Part shown: positions 6,511 to 7,660 of the stretch, piece by piece
Layout: every line of letters begins with the position of its first letter
Numbering within the stretch: position 1 is the stretch's first letter
Source: Octopus sinensis
Taxonomy: Eukaryota
NCBI RefSeq assembly: GCF_006345805.1
Contig: NW_021828770.1
Location: 1 to 7,660, forward strand
Reading direction: 5' to 3'
DNA length: 7,660 bases
Notes under the pieces: generated by a model
Seen by the model: the letters and a program-made list of their open reading frames with translations, nothing else
Told to the model about the DNA's origin: nothing
Databases searched by the model: none
Translations under genes and position numbers: made by a program

Positions 6511-6586
6511 GGGCATATGGCGCAGTGGTTAAAAGCGCAGGCTACTAAGCCCATGATTCCGAGTTCGATTCCAGGTAGTGACCTGG
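6511..6586 (+). mobile_element. tRNA-Arg-like Pol III head of a repeat (not a functional tRNA)
   Basis: Perfect A box TGGCGCAGTGG (6518-6528) and B box GTTCGATTC (6563-6571); D-stem GCGC/GCGC. GATTCCGAGTTCGATTCCAGG resembles GATTCCAGGTTCGACTCCTGG of eukaryotic tRNA-Arg(ACG). The acceptor, anticodon and T stems pair poorly. Confidence 0.7.
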
Positions 6587-6638
6587 AACCGAAACCACAA
6601 TTTTACGATCATGAGTCCAACAACCTAACCACTAAACC
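6581..6638 (-). mobile_element. Isolated tRNA-like head of SINE family C
   Basis: The minus strand reads GGTTTAGTGGTTAGGTTGTTGGACTCATGATCGTAAAATTGTGGTTTCGGTTCCAGGT: degenerate A box with D-loop AGTGGTTAG, CTCATGA loop and B-box-like TTTCGGTTCC. Confidence 0.55.
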
Positions 6639-6640
6639 TT

Positions 6641-6823
6641 GTGACTGTGTTTGTGCCACACCACAGCTTAACAACCGGAGTTGGTGTGTTTATGTCCCCG
6701 TAACTTAGCGGTTCGGCAAAAGATGCCGATAGAATAAGTGCCGGCTTCCGAAAGAAAAAATACTGCCGTCGATTCATTCGACTAAAAGTTCTTCGAGGCG
6801 GTGTTCCAGCATGGCCGCAGTCT
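6641..6823 (+). mobile_element. 3' half of SINE family B
   Basis: TGGTGTGTTTATGTCCCCGTAACTTAGCGGTTCGGCAAAAGA and CCAGCATGGCCGCAGTC match the reverse complement of 5278-5319 and 5189-5205. The ORF track shows the same pseudo-peptide (WCVYVPIT vs WCVYVPVT). Confidence 0.8.
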
Positions 6824-7136
6824 AAAGGGATGTGTTTGTGTTAAAAATAAAAAATGTGGTGTTTTGTGACCTCAAAGGATTTGAACGCATGCTCCTCTTC
6901 ATTAGTTAAACAACCGAACTACCCTTACTCACCCGACACGTACACGTACACTGAAACATGCGACAAACATACACATAAAAGAAAAAAAATGGATAAAACG
7001 CAAAATATTATCGGTAGTAACATCAACAACAATAAAAAGATGGCGGCGACGATGGCGACAGCAACAACAACAAAAATAACCAATAAATAACTCCAACGGA
7101 AGTATTAATGACCAGGAAGTGACATCATATTGAGAA

Positions 7137-7312
7137 ACACACACACGCACACATACACACAAACAAACATACACATATACGCATTCATTTATATATGTAT
7201 AAACATACATATATACATGTATACATACATACATACACACACAAATATATATATAGGTTTGGCGCACAAACATACATATATACACATATACACACACACA
7301 TATATATATACA

Positions 7313-7352
<40 letters not shown>

Positions 7353-7660
7353 CATACATATATACATCCTATATATACATTTTACATACACTTACACACA
7401 CACACATACATATGTATATAGGTTTGGTGTACACATATACAAATAATACATATATGCGTCTGTGTTTGTATATGTATATACATATATACATGTGTACACG
7501 CACACACACATACACACATATATATTTATATATGCATACATATGTATATATATGTATGTATATATGTATGTATAGTAGCGATTACATAAGCAAACACACA
7601 TACGCAAACACACACTCACGCACACGCATGCTGACATACACATACACACAACACACATAC
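7137..7660. repeat. Compound CA/TA/CATA microsatellite, running off the window end
   Basis: Directly visible. Includes a pure (AT)n run at 7316-7346. Confidence 0.97.

Noticed and set aside
6511-6586. Functional tRNA gene
   Set aside because: The A and B boxes are perfect, but the acceptor stem pairs at about 3 of 7 positions, the T stem at 3 of 5, and the anticodon stem is too short. It is embedded in repeat junctions.
6052-6708. ORFs 6052-6327 (-), 6098-6532 (+) and 6433-6708 (+) as whole genes
   Set aside because: Each runs through SINE or repeat pieces. Only 6203-6353 is kept as a weak exon candidate.
6854-7658. ORFs rich in Y/I/V/C/H/T
   Set aside because: They are largely translations of CA/TA dinucleotide and AAC/GAC simple repeats.

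Overview
Eukaryotic, repeat-dominated intronic or intergenic DNA with no supportable complete gene. The repeat families match, from memory and not database-checked, octopus (coleoid cephalopod) interspersed repeats, for which tRNA-derived SINEs OK/OR1/OR2 have been described. Contents: a short non-autonomous Helitron-like element (658-983, minus); about nine whole or partial copies of at least three tRNA-derived SINE families, called A, B and C here; a ~530-bp probable retroelement 3' fragment ending in (AAT)20; and long compound microsatellite fields (GAT/GAC/GAG/GGT/AGT at 2751-4930, CA/TA at 7137-7660). Nearly all listed ORFs are translations of these repeats. The most interesting locus is 6357-6590. 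There a tRNA-Arg-like Pol III head with perfect A and B boxes sits back-to-back with an inverted arm that carries a partly deleted hammerhead-ribozyme-like core of the Penelope type. This suggests a palindromic tRNA-head plus ribozyme mobile element. Other points: a headless head-to-head SINE palindrome (2124-2398), several inverted SINE pairs that could form dsRNA, a domain shared between two SINE families, one weak candidate exon (6203-6353) and several motif clusters of uncertain meaning.
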